Source: Octopus sinensis (taxonomy: Eukaryota). Taken from it: a stretch of 64,000 bases of DNA. The stretch lies in NCBI RefSeq assembly GCF_006345805.1, contig NC_042997.1:59334001-59398000 (forward strand). Reading direction: 5' to 3'. Below are positions 25,775 to 39,309 of this stretch, in pieces; the stretch's first letter is position 1; each line of letters opens with the position of its first letter. Position numbers and translations under genes: made by a program. The notes under the pieces were generated by a model that saw only the letters and a list, made by a program, of their open reading frames with translations, searched no databases and was not told the DNA's origin.

Positions 25775-28156
25775 TGAGAGAGAGGGGGAGGGGGAAACGA
25801 CCTGTATATATATATATATGAGAGAGAGGGAGGGGGGGAACGACTAGAAGCACACGTGAAGATAAACAGACATAGAAGAGAAGCTAAAGAACAAGAGACA
25901 GATAGTGAGTCAAAGCAACACATACATTCTCTCTCTCTCTCTCTTTCTCCCCCCCCTTCATCCGGTATTTACGTCCTATTTATAGATAAAAGAATCTCTT
26001 ATCAATTAACCATTATTGTGAAGAACGTATTTCAAAACAAAAGCCCAGTTTAACCCCCGCGATGGACCCTATCCTAATCACATCGTGCCCATTTTAAACA
26101 ATAATTCTTGTCTGTCCAAGAAAAGGATTCCAACTGAATATATAGGCAAAAAAAAGACGTTTCATTATGTGGTCACTTAAATCATTTGAGAATGTATGAT
26201 GGAAAGAAAAACTGACTATCATAGCAGTATTTAGATTTACGATATAGCTGAGTTAGAATTATAAATCTAACTAAAAGAAATCGATAAATTTTCTTAAATA
26301 TAACCCTGCCAAGTCTCATGTCGATTGGTGGTGGTCGCAACGGTTAGAGCAGTCAGGCCAAAATAAAAATAAAAAACGAAAGAGAAAAAGGCCACCCACC
26401 TGTCCGTGTGTGCCTTGAGAACTGAGAACTGCTGTTGGAGAATAGTTGAAACACTTGTATGTGTGTGATTATAGCAGTCCTACTACAGCTACAACTTGTA
26501 GTAATATCACGACTACTAATAATAACGGTGAATAAATATTGGTTGTGATGATAGTAGTAGTAGTAGTTGTAGTAGAAATAGTGATTTTTTTAGCAACGCC
26601 TTGTAGCTGCGTAGGTGATACTGCAAATAGTCATGTTAGATTGTGCAGCAACAGTAAACGTAGTAGTAGTAGTAGTAACAATGACGGTGACTATAAACAG
26701 CGTAGGTGGTAATAGTAACCGTAGGGGGTACTCATAGCAATATTATGAGTAGTAGCGCCAATAGTAGTAGCAGAAGTAGTAGTAACAATAATGTTTTCTA
26801 ATACAGGCACACAGGCTGAAATCTGGAGGAGGGGAATAGACGATTAAACTAACCCTAGTATTTGACTGGTACTTTATTTTATGAATTACCCCCACCTCCT
26901 GCTCCTGACGGATAAAAGACAAAATTGAACTCAGTGGAATTGGAACTCTAGAAGGTTAAAGAGCCAGAAGAAATACCGCAAGGTATTTTGTCCGATGCTT
27001 AGCAATCTTAGGGATAACAGTAATGGCATAGATAATTAATAAGTTGGTGCCTGGTGGTGGTGGTTAACTGACTACTATTTCTTTTCTGAGTGGTTGAGAA
27101 GTCCACCTCTCTATCACAGGTTTCTGAGTTTGGGGACAAGTGTCTTCTCTACAAACCAGGTCAACCAAACCTTGTTAATGAAATTGGGTAGAGAAGCAGT
27201 TGGATAGATTATTGCTAATTCAAGTCGCCAATCTTGTCACACAGTCATGCTCTGTTCTGTACATCAAGAGTATAAGTCTATGGAATATTTGGTAGTTCTA
27301 TTGAACAAATTACAGGAATCCGTGTTCAATGAAAGATGTGCGATACATTCACACACAGATATTGTACTTATCTATGTAAATAATTATACAGGGAAATGAA
27401 GCTATAGTAACAGTTGGACACGTCGGAAATAGGAAGAGTGAAATAAGAGCAGGGAATCAATAGAAATAGAAAATAAAGAGAAATATACTATGTAAAGGAA
27501 GAAAAATGAGAGAGAAAAGTAAATAAGGAAAAAGAAAAAAAAAGCAAAACCAGAATGGAAGCAGGGTAGAGAGATAGAGAGAGAGAGATGAGAGAAAAGA
27601 GAAGATAGTGAAGGAAGAAAGTCGAGAGAATGACAGTGGGGATGGTGGAATGTTACATCATTTTAGAGATAAAATACTGCAGCTGCTTGGAAGAAGAAAG
27701 GACTCTTATATGAAGTAAATTATGGTGTGTTAGAGTGAGAAGTAGAGAGATAGAGAAAGAGAGCAAGGTGTGGGGTGAGGTTTACAAAGAACAAACAGAA
27801 TCAAAGGAGTAAAAGTAAACATTAAGAAAAAAACCCCCCCAAAAATAAAGCTTGATTTTCCAACCACATGACCAGAAGTTCTAATATTGTTATAATTACT
27901 AAGTGATGCCAACTCCTCCCAGGTAAAGCAAATCAGTTTCCATTCCTGTTTGATGGTTAGTAGTAAGAATTACTCCAAATTATACAATATATATATATGT
28001 GTGTGTGTGTGTGTGAAGAAATAAGTTCAAAAAAGAACAATTCAAACTTTTTGAGAGGTCCAAAAAGAGAGAAAAAATTATTTCTAATAAAGATTCATCA
28101 TATTCATAAAAAACAGCCAGGGCAAGTAATAAGAATATTAAAATAGTTGTTGGAAA

Positions 28157-28336
28157 ATATCGTTAAAGGTATAAATATACCATAAAGAATTATAAAAAAA
28201 TGGAGGAGAAAAAGATGTTGCATCAAAATTAGATTTAATACAAATTCGGATTCATTAAATCTAATTTTGACGCAACATCTTTTTCTCCTCCATTTTTATA
28301 TAGTTGTTTATGGTATATTTATGCCTATAACAATAT
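28157..28336. repeat. Near-perfect inverted repeat (about 80-bp arms, 14-nt loop)
   Basis: AAAAATGGAGGAGAAAAAGATGTTGCATCAAAATTAGATTTAAT pairs with ATTAAATCTAATTTTGACGCAACATCTTTTTCTCCTCCATTTTT. Confidence 0.92.
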
Positions 28337-28338
28337 AT

Positions 28339-28374
<36 letters not shown>

Positions 28375-28446
28375 GGAAGAGAAAGAGAGAGAGAGAGAGA
28401 GAGTAGGGGTACAACAAAGTACCAATGTGAATGTGTATAGAATAAT

Positions 28447-28559
28447 ATATCAGATGAATAAAGTTAAAACATGGTCTGGTTTTCACGTTTTTTATTATGG
28501 TATTTTAATATTAAAAAACAGGAAAACCAGACCATGTTTTAACTTTATTCAACTGATAT
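28447..28559. repeat. Near-perfect inverted repeat (47-bp arms)
   Basis: GAATAAAGTTAAAACATGGTCTGGTTTTC on both strands; the ORF track shows NKVKTWSGF in both directions. Confidence 0.92.
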
Positions 28560-29247
28560 GCACACACACACACATCTTGCCATTGGCTGTCCATTGCAGA
28601 TTGATGATGATTGTTCTGTTCAGAAATCTCAGAACAAAATGCCTTTGGAATGGTGAGTAAGGTAGTTGGCATCATCTCTCCACTAGATTGCATCTCTGGT
28701 CCTCCACATCAAGTACTAAGTGGTACACAAGAGATCAATGAGCATGGTCAATGATGAGGCTACCCTGCAGTAGCTACTCACTCGCTAGTTGATGCCCAAC
28801 CATTGTCTGATGGTACAGAGCCTTCTGCTTGGCCACAAAAGCCTTCAGGCCATTGGTTATAGACTCCTCTGCCTTGTCCATTATCCAGCATCCTGCTGCT
28901 GATGTCTTTACCATATCCCTAGCACAGGAGGTTAAGAAGGTTGTCAGCACTTGCTCAAGGTGCCACCTCTGTCTACAGCCAGTAAAACTAATCGTAACTT
29001 TCTGACTGGTTATATCCATAACTGACTGGTATATCCACAACAAAGGATATACTGCATAAAATGTCCCACCTATTTGTTCATGATGAACAGATATATTTTA
29101 GAGATAGACAAAGAGTAAAACTGATTGAGTGTATAGTACTAGAGTTATACTAGGTGAAGAGTCAACAGCATCCCATATTACCAGCACTACAATGGGTTGT
29201 ATCTCATAATGGCTTGGCACCCCTAGCTCTAATTAGTCACTCTAAGC

Positions 29248-29509
29248 CAGTGATTCTCAACCTTGCACTATTAATCTTCACCATTTAAATGGATTTTCCA
29301 ACAGACCCTAACCATGAAAAATTAATAAACCAATTTCATTAACAATCTCATTTTCCAAGTTTCATCCCTAAACTGAGCAATATGTGTAACTGAGTAATTA
29401 TACATTTTACACTGCAGCGTTTTTAAAATTTTGAACACAACACGCAAACACCCCAGTATTACATTTGTAGACACAGAGAGGCCTGAAAATTCAAAGTTGG
29501 AAACCACTA
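29248..29509. mobile_element. hAT-like MITE
   Basis: Ends CAGTGATTCTCAACC and GTTGGAAACCACTA resemble Charlie-type TIRs; no clear TSD. Confidence 0.5.
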
Positions 29510-31791
29510 CCCTATTTGAAATGATGAACAGTCAAGCTACCAATCTAAAATCAAATTCAAACCTTACTGGAGCTACAGTGTAGTACTTCATAAGCAAGGC
29601 ACTTTATTCTGTTAAGCTTTTGATCAATTCAAGAAAGCTATAATTTTCAGTTCAAGTAGTTGCTGTTAATAAAGCAGCCTAACTGTAAAAAATACTAGTT
29701 CTGATTTGAACAATATATCAGTATCCCCAAACTTATAGAAAAAAACATACTACAAGTATAGGTGATGGACTGGCAGACTCACCAGAACATCAGGTAAAAA
29801 TACTTGTGGCATTTGGTTATTTCCCTTTATCTTCAATGTTAAAATTCTACTGAGGTCAACTTTGTCTTTCATTCTTCCAAGGTCAATAAAATAATGTACC
29901 AATCAAGTACTGATGTTGATTTAATATTCTTATAAATTCATGCTATATGTGAATGGATTTATAACAGAAGAACAAGACATAGACACACAATAAAGAAAAA
30001 CGTTGCAAAAATCTCTATATAGCTTCTGACAGTACCCCACCGTGACCACAGCTTTTGGGCTGAAACTCATAAAAGAATAGCTCATAATAATGGAAAATGA
30101 AGTACTGAACTGCTTGAGTGCAAGTCTGTTTTGTAACCATGTGGGTTTGATTACACTGTATAGCACTTTTGTAATTGTCTTCTACAACAACCCCTGATTA
30201 ATGACAGTAGCCATCGTGATGGTTATGATAATGACTTATTTGGGGGACAATTACAGTGATCTCAGTATTAAAAGATCAACAACTTGAAAGAGGAGCAGAA
30301 ACAACAGATTTTCATGTGTGTGTGTGCATGTGAACTGAGATGAAAGCTTTCCCTTAAGCAACATACATATAACTTAGTCACATACAATAGTTATTTTTAT
30401 GAACAAATTTTTAAAATTACTTTTTTAGACAAACTAAAGTTTGTCTTTTAATTATTTTTCTCTGTTGTTTGATGCCAGTGAAAAAAAAAAGTAGACAAAA
30501 AAAAAAAGAAAATGAAAACTAAATTCTCAGATTAACATTCTGTACCAGAAATAAATTTACTGTTTATTTGTTCATGCATTAGCAGCACCAAAAAGGAATA
30601 CTCCCACCCAGTTAACAGGAAGACAAATTTGTATACCAAAGATGAGCTTGTTTGTTTGGATTTTACACAAAAAGAAAATGAAAGAAAAAAGAGTGGATGA
30701 AGAAGAGTAGTATGTTTAGTAAACTGTACCAATTACTATTGGCTTAAATTCAAGAGAAAGATCAGATCTGCTGTGAATTGTTTGTAAAAACACATCAGAG
30801 AGTAGATGTTATAAAATGGTGTATCTAGGGACTAGAATTGAGCAAAAATATAACTGAATCTGTCCTTTATTGAGGTCTTCTACAATGCAGATTTTTGTAT
30901 AAAATGCTACCATGGTTGGAACAGGTTTAACTAAAGCTATAAACAATGAAGTATTATAATTTTTGTTACCTTTAGAGTTCAGAGAAACCTGTAAGTCTCT
31001 TAGAATCATGTTTAGATCCCAGAAACTTATCTGTGATACAGGTTTGATTCCTAGTTGAGTTACTTTGTTTCCTTTACACTTTGTAACAGCTAGCCAAAGT
31101 CTGATATGGCTCACATTTGTTAGCTTGGTCTACTGTTTGTACTATAAGGAGACTGAAACCTTCAGTGGTAATCCAAGGACATTTGAAAGGTTATAGAATA
31201 ATTATATTTTGAGAAACATGCCTCATGTTAGAAGCAGATTAATACCAATAACAAAGTATTTGGATGTCCATAGGAGAGTAACTAATTCTCAGAACCAAAT
31301 ATATATGTTTCTAGGTTGATGATATTAAAATTTTGTTTAACCCTGAGACAGCCCAAACTGTGTTCATATTTGAATTAAATTCTCAAAATCTCATAAATGA
31401 ATATGATATGTGCTAGTCAACACTAGCATAAGATATAGCAATATAAATGTTGCAGATATTTTACTAAGTCCCTCAAAATTCATAATTATATTGAAAACTA
31501 ATTGAAACATTGAGTCAACTCAAAAGAAGTGTAGTCACTAAAAGGTTAAATTGCTTACTGTCTTTCTGTCAGAATCAAAATTGCACAAACATTCAGACAA
31601 CTTATTCATTAACATATAAAATCAGATCAGAAACTTATTAAAATACTTCTGAGAAATCCCTTAGAATGTTGGGTTGTTAAAACAATAAATTTATTGTTTT
31701 ACAATGCATTTATTGTTTGAACAATAAACATATTGTTTTACATTAGTATCCTCCTTTAATAACAACACAAAAGAACAATGTTATTACCTAC

Positions 31792-32490
31792 CACTTCAAT
31801 TTCTGTTTTAGTAGTTTTACCAGAACTGTCCAGATCTTTAGCATTTCCACAACTGTGACTTCTTCTTAAAGGTCGTGGTATCATCCGATGAAAAAAACGT
31901 CTTTTCTGTTCTTTCTTGCGGCCATCATGGCTCTTCTCCATTTTGGAGACTTGTGATTGTGGATTTTCTGAAGAATCCGGATCATCCGAACATGAGTCGG
32001 TAAAGTGCACACAATGAACTGATCCGGCACACGCCGTTATGGTGGTGGAATCTCTACACAAATACTGTCCGTTTCTGGAGATATCTTTGTCTAGTACAGA
32101 GTCAACTGAGATCTCTATAGTTGACTCATAATTTATTTCTCCACTTTTTGTTTTATGGTGATTTACTAATGTCCGATGCTTAGCTTTCCTTTTCTCCTGA
32201 CAAACACATGCTTTTTTATCGTTGTGTAAGATGACTTTTCTTGGTAAATGTTCTGATGAAGAACCAATATGACATTTGTTGAGTAATTCACCTGAAATAA
32301 TTGATGGTTCCAATGGGACAGATGTCTGACTAGTTGTTGTAACTTGTTGAGACCAACTTGAAGAAGCTGTGGTATTTTTATTATTGTATATTTGGGGGTT
32401 CATTAACTGTCTTATGAAATATTCCAATTCATTCTCTGTCCAACCTTTTGATCCAGAATTTGAAGATGATGAATCCTCCAGATGGACACC
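31792..32490 (-). CDS. RGS3: RGS3-like gene, large 699-nt S/T-rich exon
   Basis: Acceptor (T)n-ctatttaaag, donor GTG|gtaggt, phase 0 to 0, 233 open codons GVHLEDSSSS...KRRFFHRMIPRPLRRSHSCGNAKD...TEIEV; joins in frame to 12774. Confidence 0.82.
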
Positions 32491-33149
32491 CTTTAAATAG
32501 AATTAAAAAAAAAAAATTAATTTGATTACATTATGTAGAAATAAAATTTTACTGACACTTAAAAATAAATATTTTTACAGTAATTAATATTTAATCAGGA
32601 TGTATATAGTTGAATATATCAATAAACTCAAAGTGAAGACATTTGTACCATCTGAAATACAACTGAAATTTGAATGTGTTCCATTTAAGCAGTTGCAGAA
32701 AGAATTTCAAAGTTAAATTGACAAGAATTGATTTGGTACAGAAATCATAGGAATGCATGTTTTTCAGATTCTATATTTCAGGTAAAAACTAAAAAATTAA
32801 AAGAAAAAAAAATCTGTTTTGGCAACCAGGTAAAGACTAGTAACCACTGCAGAGTGTTTTGAAACACAATGGATTTTGTTTCATAATTATTGGTGTTTAT
32901 GATGATATAAAGAGTAAAAAGTAACAGCTGTAGGTCAGAATAAACAAACTAATTGTACGTCCAGTTAATACAGGCCCTTTTAATAATCCCACATTTGAAC
33001 TCTATTGAGCTGAGAGCCTTACCATGAATATCTTTCACAAGTTTCTGACTTTGTCCACTACTAAATAAGTGCATGATTTGTGATGACTTTTGCATGAATA
33101 AAAAAGATGCTAGTGAATTGCATAAAATGTGGAAGTAGTTACAATTGTT

Positions 33150-33650
33150 TCATATTCAAATTTGCTTACCTGAGGCCCAAATATCTCTACCTTCAACCTA
33201 TCTGTGCTGTCCAGGCTATACCCTGTATTTTAACGTAGCTCTGAAATGTAGTGTCTGTACATATATAGAATTCTCTATGCACTATTCACTTCTCTCATCT
33301 GGACTTCAATTACCAATGAGCTCTAGCCACTTTGATTTAGACATCTCTGATTCAGATATCCCCCCCAACACCCAATCCATATCAAGCTATTTGACAATCT
33401 CACTTTGTACACTGATGACACCTACCTCACATTACCAATCCCACCCAGTGTGATGACTTCATCGTACTTGGGGAATTCAATGTATATAATTCCTCCGGGC
33501 CCTCACACTCCTTCCATACCAACATTGCTGGCACAGAGGCTGAATTGTTTATCATTTTGAACTGTCTGCACCATTTAATATCCATATCTCTGATAGACAT
33601 ACCAACACACAAAATACCATTGATCTTTTTATTACCTTCATACACATGCT
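33150..33650 (+). mobile_element. LINE apurinic-endonuclease fragment (CR1/Jockey-like)
   Basis: LPEAQIS...PGYTLYFN and IVLGEFNVYN (GDFN motif). Confidence 0.55.
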
Positions 33651-34268
33651 TTATTCATGTATTACTAGCTTTGCACTCATTGGATTGTCCAATCACTGTT
33701 TAATAACAGCAACATACTGCACATCCTTCTACTGTACAACACTCAAACTCTTTTAATGTTTAGACTTGCTAACTGGTCAGAGTTCCTCCAGTTCTATGCA
33801 GACAATCCCTGGCAGCAAATGTGTTTCATACTCAACCCATTTAAGACAACTAAGTGCTTGACTGAAACTATTCTCTGAAGTTTGTCCAAATCCCCAAATA
33901 GTATTTAATTGCTCAGTTTAATACAACAACCTGAACTGTGGTGCTTTTAGCAGTGACAGAGATCTTCTCTCCCTCTGTTACACCAGTCTCGGAGGTCTTG
34001 TAAAGCAGGGATCCTCTGTCACAGGGCTATGGATCATTTGGTACTGGGCCACAAAGAAGAATAAATTTGTAAATTTTATTTCCATTTTATTGACTATCAC
34101 AATTTTCAAAGTGTTTTTGTATTATATATGTAATAATTTATTGGGTTTTGTTATGAATGTGATACCCTGTCTGTTGAGAAACTGTTTTGCATGAAACTTG
34201 TCTGTGGTGCAAAAATGGTTGGGGTCTGCTGCTATAAAGGGTTCATGGGCACTACCTTTCCTCCGTAC

Positions 34269-34304
<36 letters not shown>

Positions 34305-35638
34305 CGACCCAACATTCAACTGGTACTTATCTTATCAACCCTGAAAGGATGAAAGGCAAAGTCGACCTAAGTGGAATTTGAACTCAATGTAAAAGCAGAT
34401 GAAAAGCTAAGTATTTTGTCCAGTGTGCTAACAACTCTCAGTTTACAGCCTTAATAACAACAACAACAAATATTTTCAAAAATGGTGTTGTGTTGCAACA
34501 GAACATATAAAGAACACTGTCTGCAATTTCCCCGCCACCATAAAACCTGCAAAACTACCATCAGAAATGCAAGAGGATGCTTTTGTGTATTGCATAGCAG
34601 ACAAAATGAGGTAAGCAAGATTATAAACGTTGCCTTGAGGCACAGTAGTATGAATCATTATATATTACATATGCCACTCAGACAGGGGACTGAGGCAGTC
34701 ATCTTGATTGTAATATCTGGTGAAATTCACTGTTTGTGTTTTGCAATTAACTTAAAAAAAAACAAACAAACAAAAAAAAAACTGAGAAATTTGGTGATTT
34801 AACAAGGAAACCGAATCAAAATAAAATTGGTGTTTGGAACATAACAAAAGGGACTTATGTATACAAAATTATGATGGGATTATATGAATACTTTAACATA
34901 AGAAATTTTATTATAGACCCAGAGAGACTCTCATACAGATTAGTATCAAAGAAGTCAAGTGTTTGGTAAGAAATATATATAAGATGAAAAATACATGGCT
35001 TTGAGTTCAGTCCCACTGCATGGCACCTCTGGCAAGTGTCTTCTACTACAGCTCATTGTTTATATAACTAATAATTGACTTTTACTGGGCTTCATGGTTT
35101 GATATCAAAATAAATAAATAAATAAATAAAAGAAAAAGCTATCATCACTCAATCAATCCTTGCCTACATTATTGATTGATATTTTACAGACTTAAAAGAA
35201 TTTGAAACCCAGAACAGTGAGGCATCAAACTAGGTACAGTATAGCAAAGCTTTCCAGACCGGCATTTGACAATCTCAACTGTTTCCGCCAACCTGATATT
35301 ACAAATTATGAATAAACAACAACAACAATAATAATAATCACTAACTGAATTATTGATTATATTTTGCATGGGAAGAGAACCCACAAGACCCTTTTATTCA
35401 AAAAAGGGATAGTGATATAGCTGATTGAAATCAGGGCTTAATATTACTGATGGTAAAATTTTATCCAAGAGCAACAAGATAGAAATGCCAAGTCAAGTCA
35501 ATTCTACTATGATTTGAATGTAGAAATGTAAAGTATTTAGTTTGAGGTGTTATTTGCACTAAGTTCCACATTCCTGACAAAATTTCAAAAAATGTTTGAA
35601 GAATGATAAGATAGTATGAAGTCTTTTGCTGAAATTTA

Positions 35639-35674
<36 letters not shown>

Positions 35675-38600
35675 CCCTGAGTTTATGCACATCCAACATA
35701 AAGAATTAAGATAATTAAATATATTTAAAAAAATCTAACTAGAAAAATTGATGATTAAAAGAATATTTATACAATGTGTTGAATATTCATTGTGGTAGAT
35801 GCACATTAAAATGACTTTGCTAAAGCAAAATTAGCTTTAAAAATACTTAATTACAAGTATTATAGAAGTAGATTAAAATATTGGAATTGACAGTCAAGAA
35901 AAAAAGAACTAAATGTATTTGAATGTTTTAAAAAAATTCTTTAAAAAAAAAAGAAAGGAAATTTAGTGAAAATCGAAATAAATGAACAAACAATGTCAAA
36001 ATTGCAACTAATATAACAGACAGTTCAAAGGTTGTACTGAATGGCTACTGATTGTAGACTGACGGCAACGAAAGAGTTAAAGTAAATTATCAGGGTGCGA
36101 ATTATGAATATACCAATATGGAAAATCCAGGGTTAAACTTTAGATGGAAATAAATGATAATCAATGGAAAATATTACAGATTTGAAGGGAAAACAGAATA
36201 AACACTGAAATTTTTACCAACCAGAATCAGAAATTTAAATAATACACCTTCTTTGAGACAGCACTATTATAGCAGTATGTTGGCTGATACTACAGGGGTA
36301 AGTTGGTGTATGTGTGCATGTGCATGTGTGTATGTGTGCGCGTACGTCTAAATATGTATAGACACAAAATTTGTTAGAGAGGAAAGGAAGGAGTTACTAA
36401 GCAGGGAGAGAGAGGAGAGAGACAGAGAGAAAGATAGAGAGAGAGAAGGAGAGAGATAGAGAGAGCAATATAGAAATAGAGAAAAGAGAGAAAGAGAAGG
36501 AGAGTTACAGTCAGACAACAAATGGAAAATTTCTGCCAGAACAGTTAAAGTGTGGAAGTGAATAGGAAGCAGTAAAAGAGAGACCAATATAAGAAAAAGA
36601 AGGAAGGTTAAAGAATTTGATTGATGAAGACTTTCAATGGAGGGAAATACCATATGACTGCATTGATTTATTTAATAATAATAATAATAATAATAATGGT
36701 TTCAAATTTTGGCACAAGGCCAGCAATTTTGGGGTAGGGGAGAGTGGTTTTACATTGACCCCAGTGTTTGACTGGTACTTATTTTATCGGTCCTGAAAGG
36801 ATGAAAGGCAAAGTTGAATTTGAACCCAGAACATAAAGATGAATGAAATGCTACTAAGTATTTTGTCTGGTGTGCTTATGATTCTGCTTGCTTGCCACCT
36901 TATTAATAACAATAATCATTTTTACTGGAAGTACAAGGCCTCAAATTTGTGAGGAAGGGACTAGTTGATTACATCGACCCCCAATGTCTGACTGGTACTT
37001 ATTTTATTGAGCCCAAAAGGAAGAATGGCAAAGACAATCTTGGTGGAATTTGAACTCAGAACATAGCAGCAGACGAAATACCGCTAAGCATTTTGCCTGG
37101 CATGCTAATGATTCTGCCAGCTTGCACCTTAATAATAATAATAATAATAATACATGAAATGGAAAGTGCAATAATGTATGAAATAAACCTCAGAGAGATG
37201 AGTTTATTGATCCATGGGCATAGTTAATTCAATTGGGTAGTTTATGAATATTACTACAAATCAGTCAGTTTCTACCCTTCTCTCATTCTATATAAACTTC
37301 ATGTTTCATGCTGCAAATGAAAAAAAAATTCTTTGCAAGCAGCAGAGTGGTAGACATGGTAGAGCCTTACTTCTATGCTGATAATGCAAACCTTTCACTC
37401 CTTGTTAACATCATTGAGATTAAGAAGAAATATCATAAAAGCTTTATTTTATTTAGTTGCAATTCTGATAGTTTCAAATTTAACAAAGTCAACTTTGTTT
37501 TTCAGCCTTCTCAGGTGAGGGAAGGGAATTTTAGGAGTTAAAGAAAGTAAATATTTCAAGTTTCAATCAACAAACTCCCTCCCCATAAATTTAAGGCCTT
37601 GTGCCTCTATTATTAATATTATAGCAGCAGCAGTTGTAATAGTATTATAAGAGTATTGGACAAACTGCTTTGTAGTGTATGTCACAACTCTTTATGCTCT
37701 GAGCTCAAACCTTATGGTTAACTTTACCTTTCATTTTTTTTTAGAATCTGTAAAGTATGAGTCAAATAGGAAGACCATTTTAATCAACTGATACCCTCTC
37801 CCAATTTCTAACCTTGAATACATGTAAGAAATTATTATTATTATTATTAGAATTGGTGGAAGGATGAATTGGTAATATCAGATAATAATATTGTTGTCTG
37901 ATATTATACCAATACCAAAATGGTTTTGCATTACTTCCTTTTGTATTTGAGTTCAAATCCCACTTCAGATTTGAACTTAGCCTTCCATTCTCTTGAGACT
38001 TGATAAATTAACCGAGTACCAATGAAGCACTGTGGTTGATATTATCAGCTATGTTCTCCCTTCTATTATGTGGCATGAAAACTGTCTGAAAGCATTAATG
38101 TGCTGAATGTATATTATTAATATACAGAATGGTCTAGCCCATGCCAGCATGGAAAATAGACTTTTAAACGATGATAATGATGATGTATGCTTTATTTTTC
38201 TATATCAAAAGATAATTTCAAATGCAGTTTAAAAATCCCATTTGTAGTTAGCGTACTTCATTTACATTGTGAATATACTCAAGAAATCCGATCAGAGAGA
38301 AAGCATCTACATGGTTGCTTATCTGTCAGAAATAATAGTCAAACCTTACACAAATCATGCCTGACCACCTCAAATACAGGAATCATTAGATGATGTAATA
38401 TCTGATATCTCAAAAAAGGATGGGAACGTATAATCACAGCTGGGTTTACAAATCAGAGCTGAAGAAATTAATGAATAAATATTACACAATCTCATTCACC
38501 ATTGCCTATAAATATGAAGCAATGTGTCTCTGCAAGTGGATTGTATTGTACTTTAGAATAGAAGCAAGCTTCTAGCAAGTCAAGCCAGCAACTTGGTTTA

Positions 38601-39309
38601 GATTTCTTGTAGAAGCCATTTAACTTCATTTCACTTAATGTCTAAATGCATTTCAAAAGTTCATGAAGATTACACAATTCTTTATAAGTCTAGAGCTTTG
38701 TGTGTTCTGAAAAAAAAAACTCAACAAAAACAAAACAAAAACCAAACAGTTTAATATATTAATGATGAAATAATTAACATATGAACATGAAGAATTCCTT
38801 AATTTATTAAGGGAAAAGTTTAAGGGAGGGAAAAAGGAAAGCAATGGAAACTGACTACAGGTTGCAGTGTCTAGTTGACAACAAGAAGCACTGTAACTAT
38901 GTGCAGCACTTCTGTACTTAATGCTTGCAACAGCATTACAGACTTAGCAGCAAAAAGTGAAGGGAAGCAAAGAGTTTGGGGAGAAAATGTTTGCCAGTGA
39001 TGGCTGACTATAACAATGTATCTCAGCTATTGCTGCACATTGGCAAGTCTGTGCAGTTGAGTGAGTCATGAAGCAATAGAGACTACTTGAAAGATATCAG
39101 GCATTCTGTGTCTTCATATAATTGTAAAAGACTTCATTGTATTGTCTATGTTTTTACACACACATGCATATATATTATTATTGAGGAAATTATTATTATT
39201 ATAAGAAGCCTAACTATTATATTTCAGTCAGAAGAGTGAAATATTGATTGAAAATAAATAAATAAATAAAATAAAATAAAAATGGGTGGATCGGAAGATA
39301 AATATACTT

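Noticed and set aside
28774-29043. 89-aa minus-strand ORF
   Set aside because: No convincing splice sites or recognisable homology; probably a decayed retroelement.
33160-33175. Strong minus-strand donor CAG|gtaagc
   Set aside because: Lies inside a LINE endonuclease relic; no matching acceptor or open frame found.
34483-34612. IKPAKLPSEMQEDA resembling dynein light chain LC8, followed by AG|gtaagc
   Set aside because: 14-residue similarity only; no start, acceptor or downstream LC8 exon.
37871-37911. Small GU-rich hairpin
   Set aside because: AT-rich, within a decayed SINE; weak stability expected.
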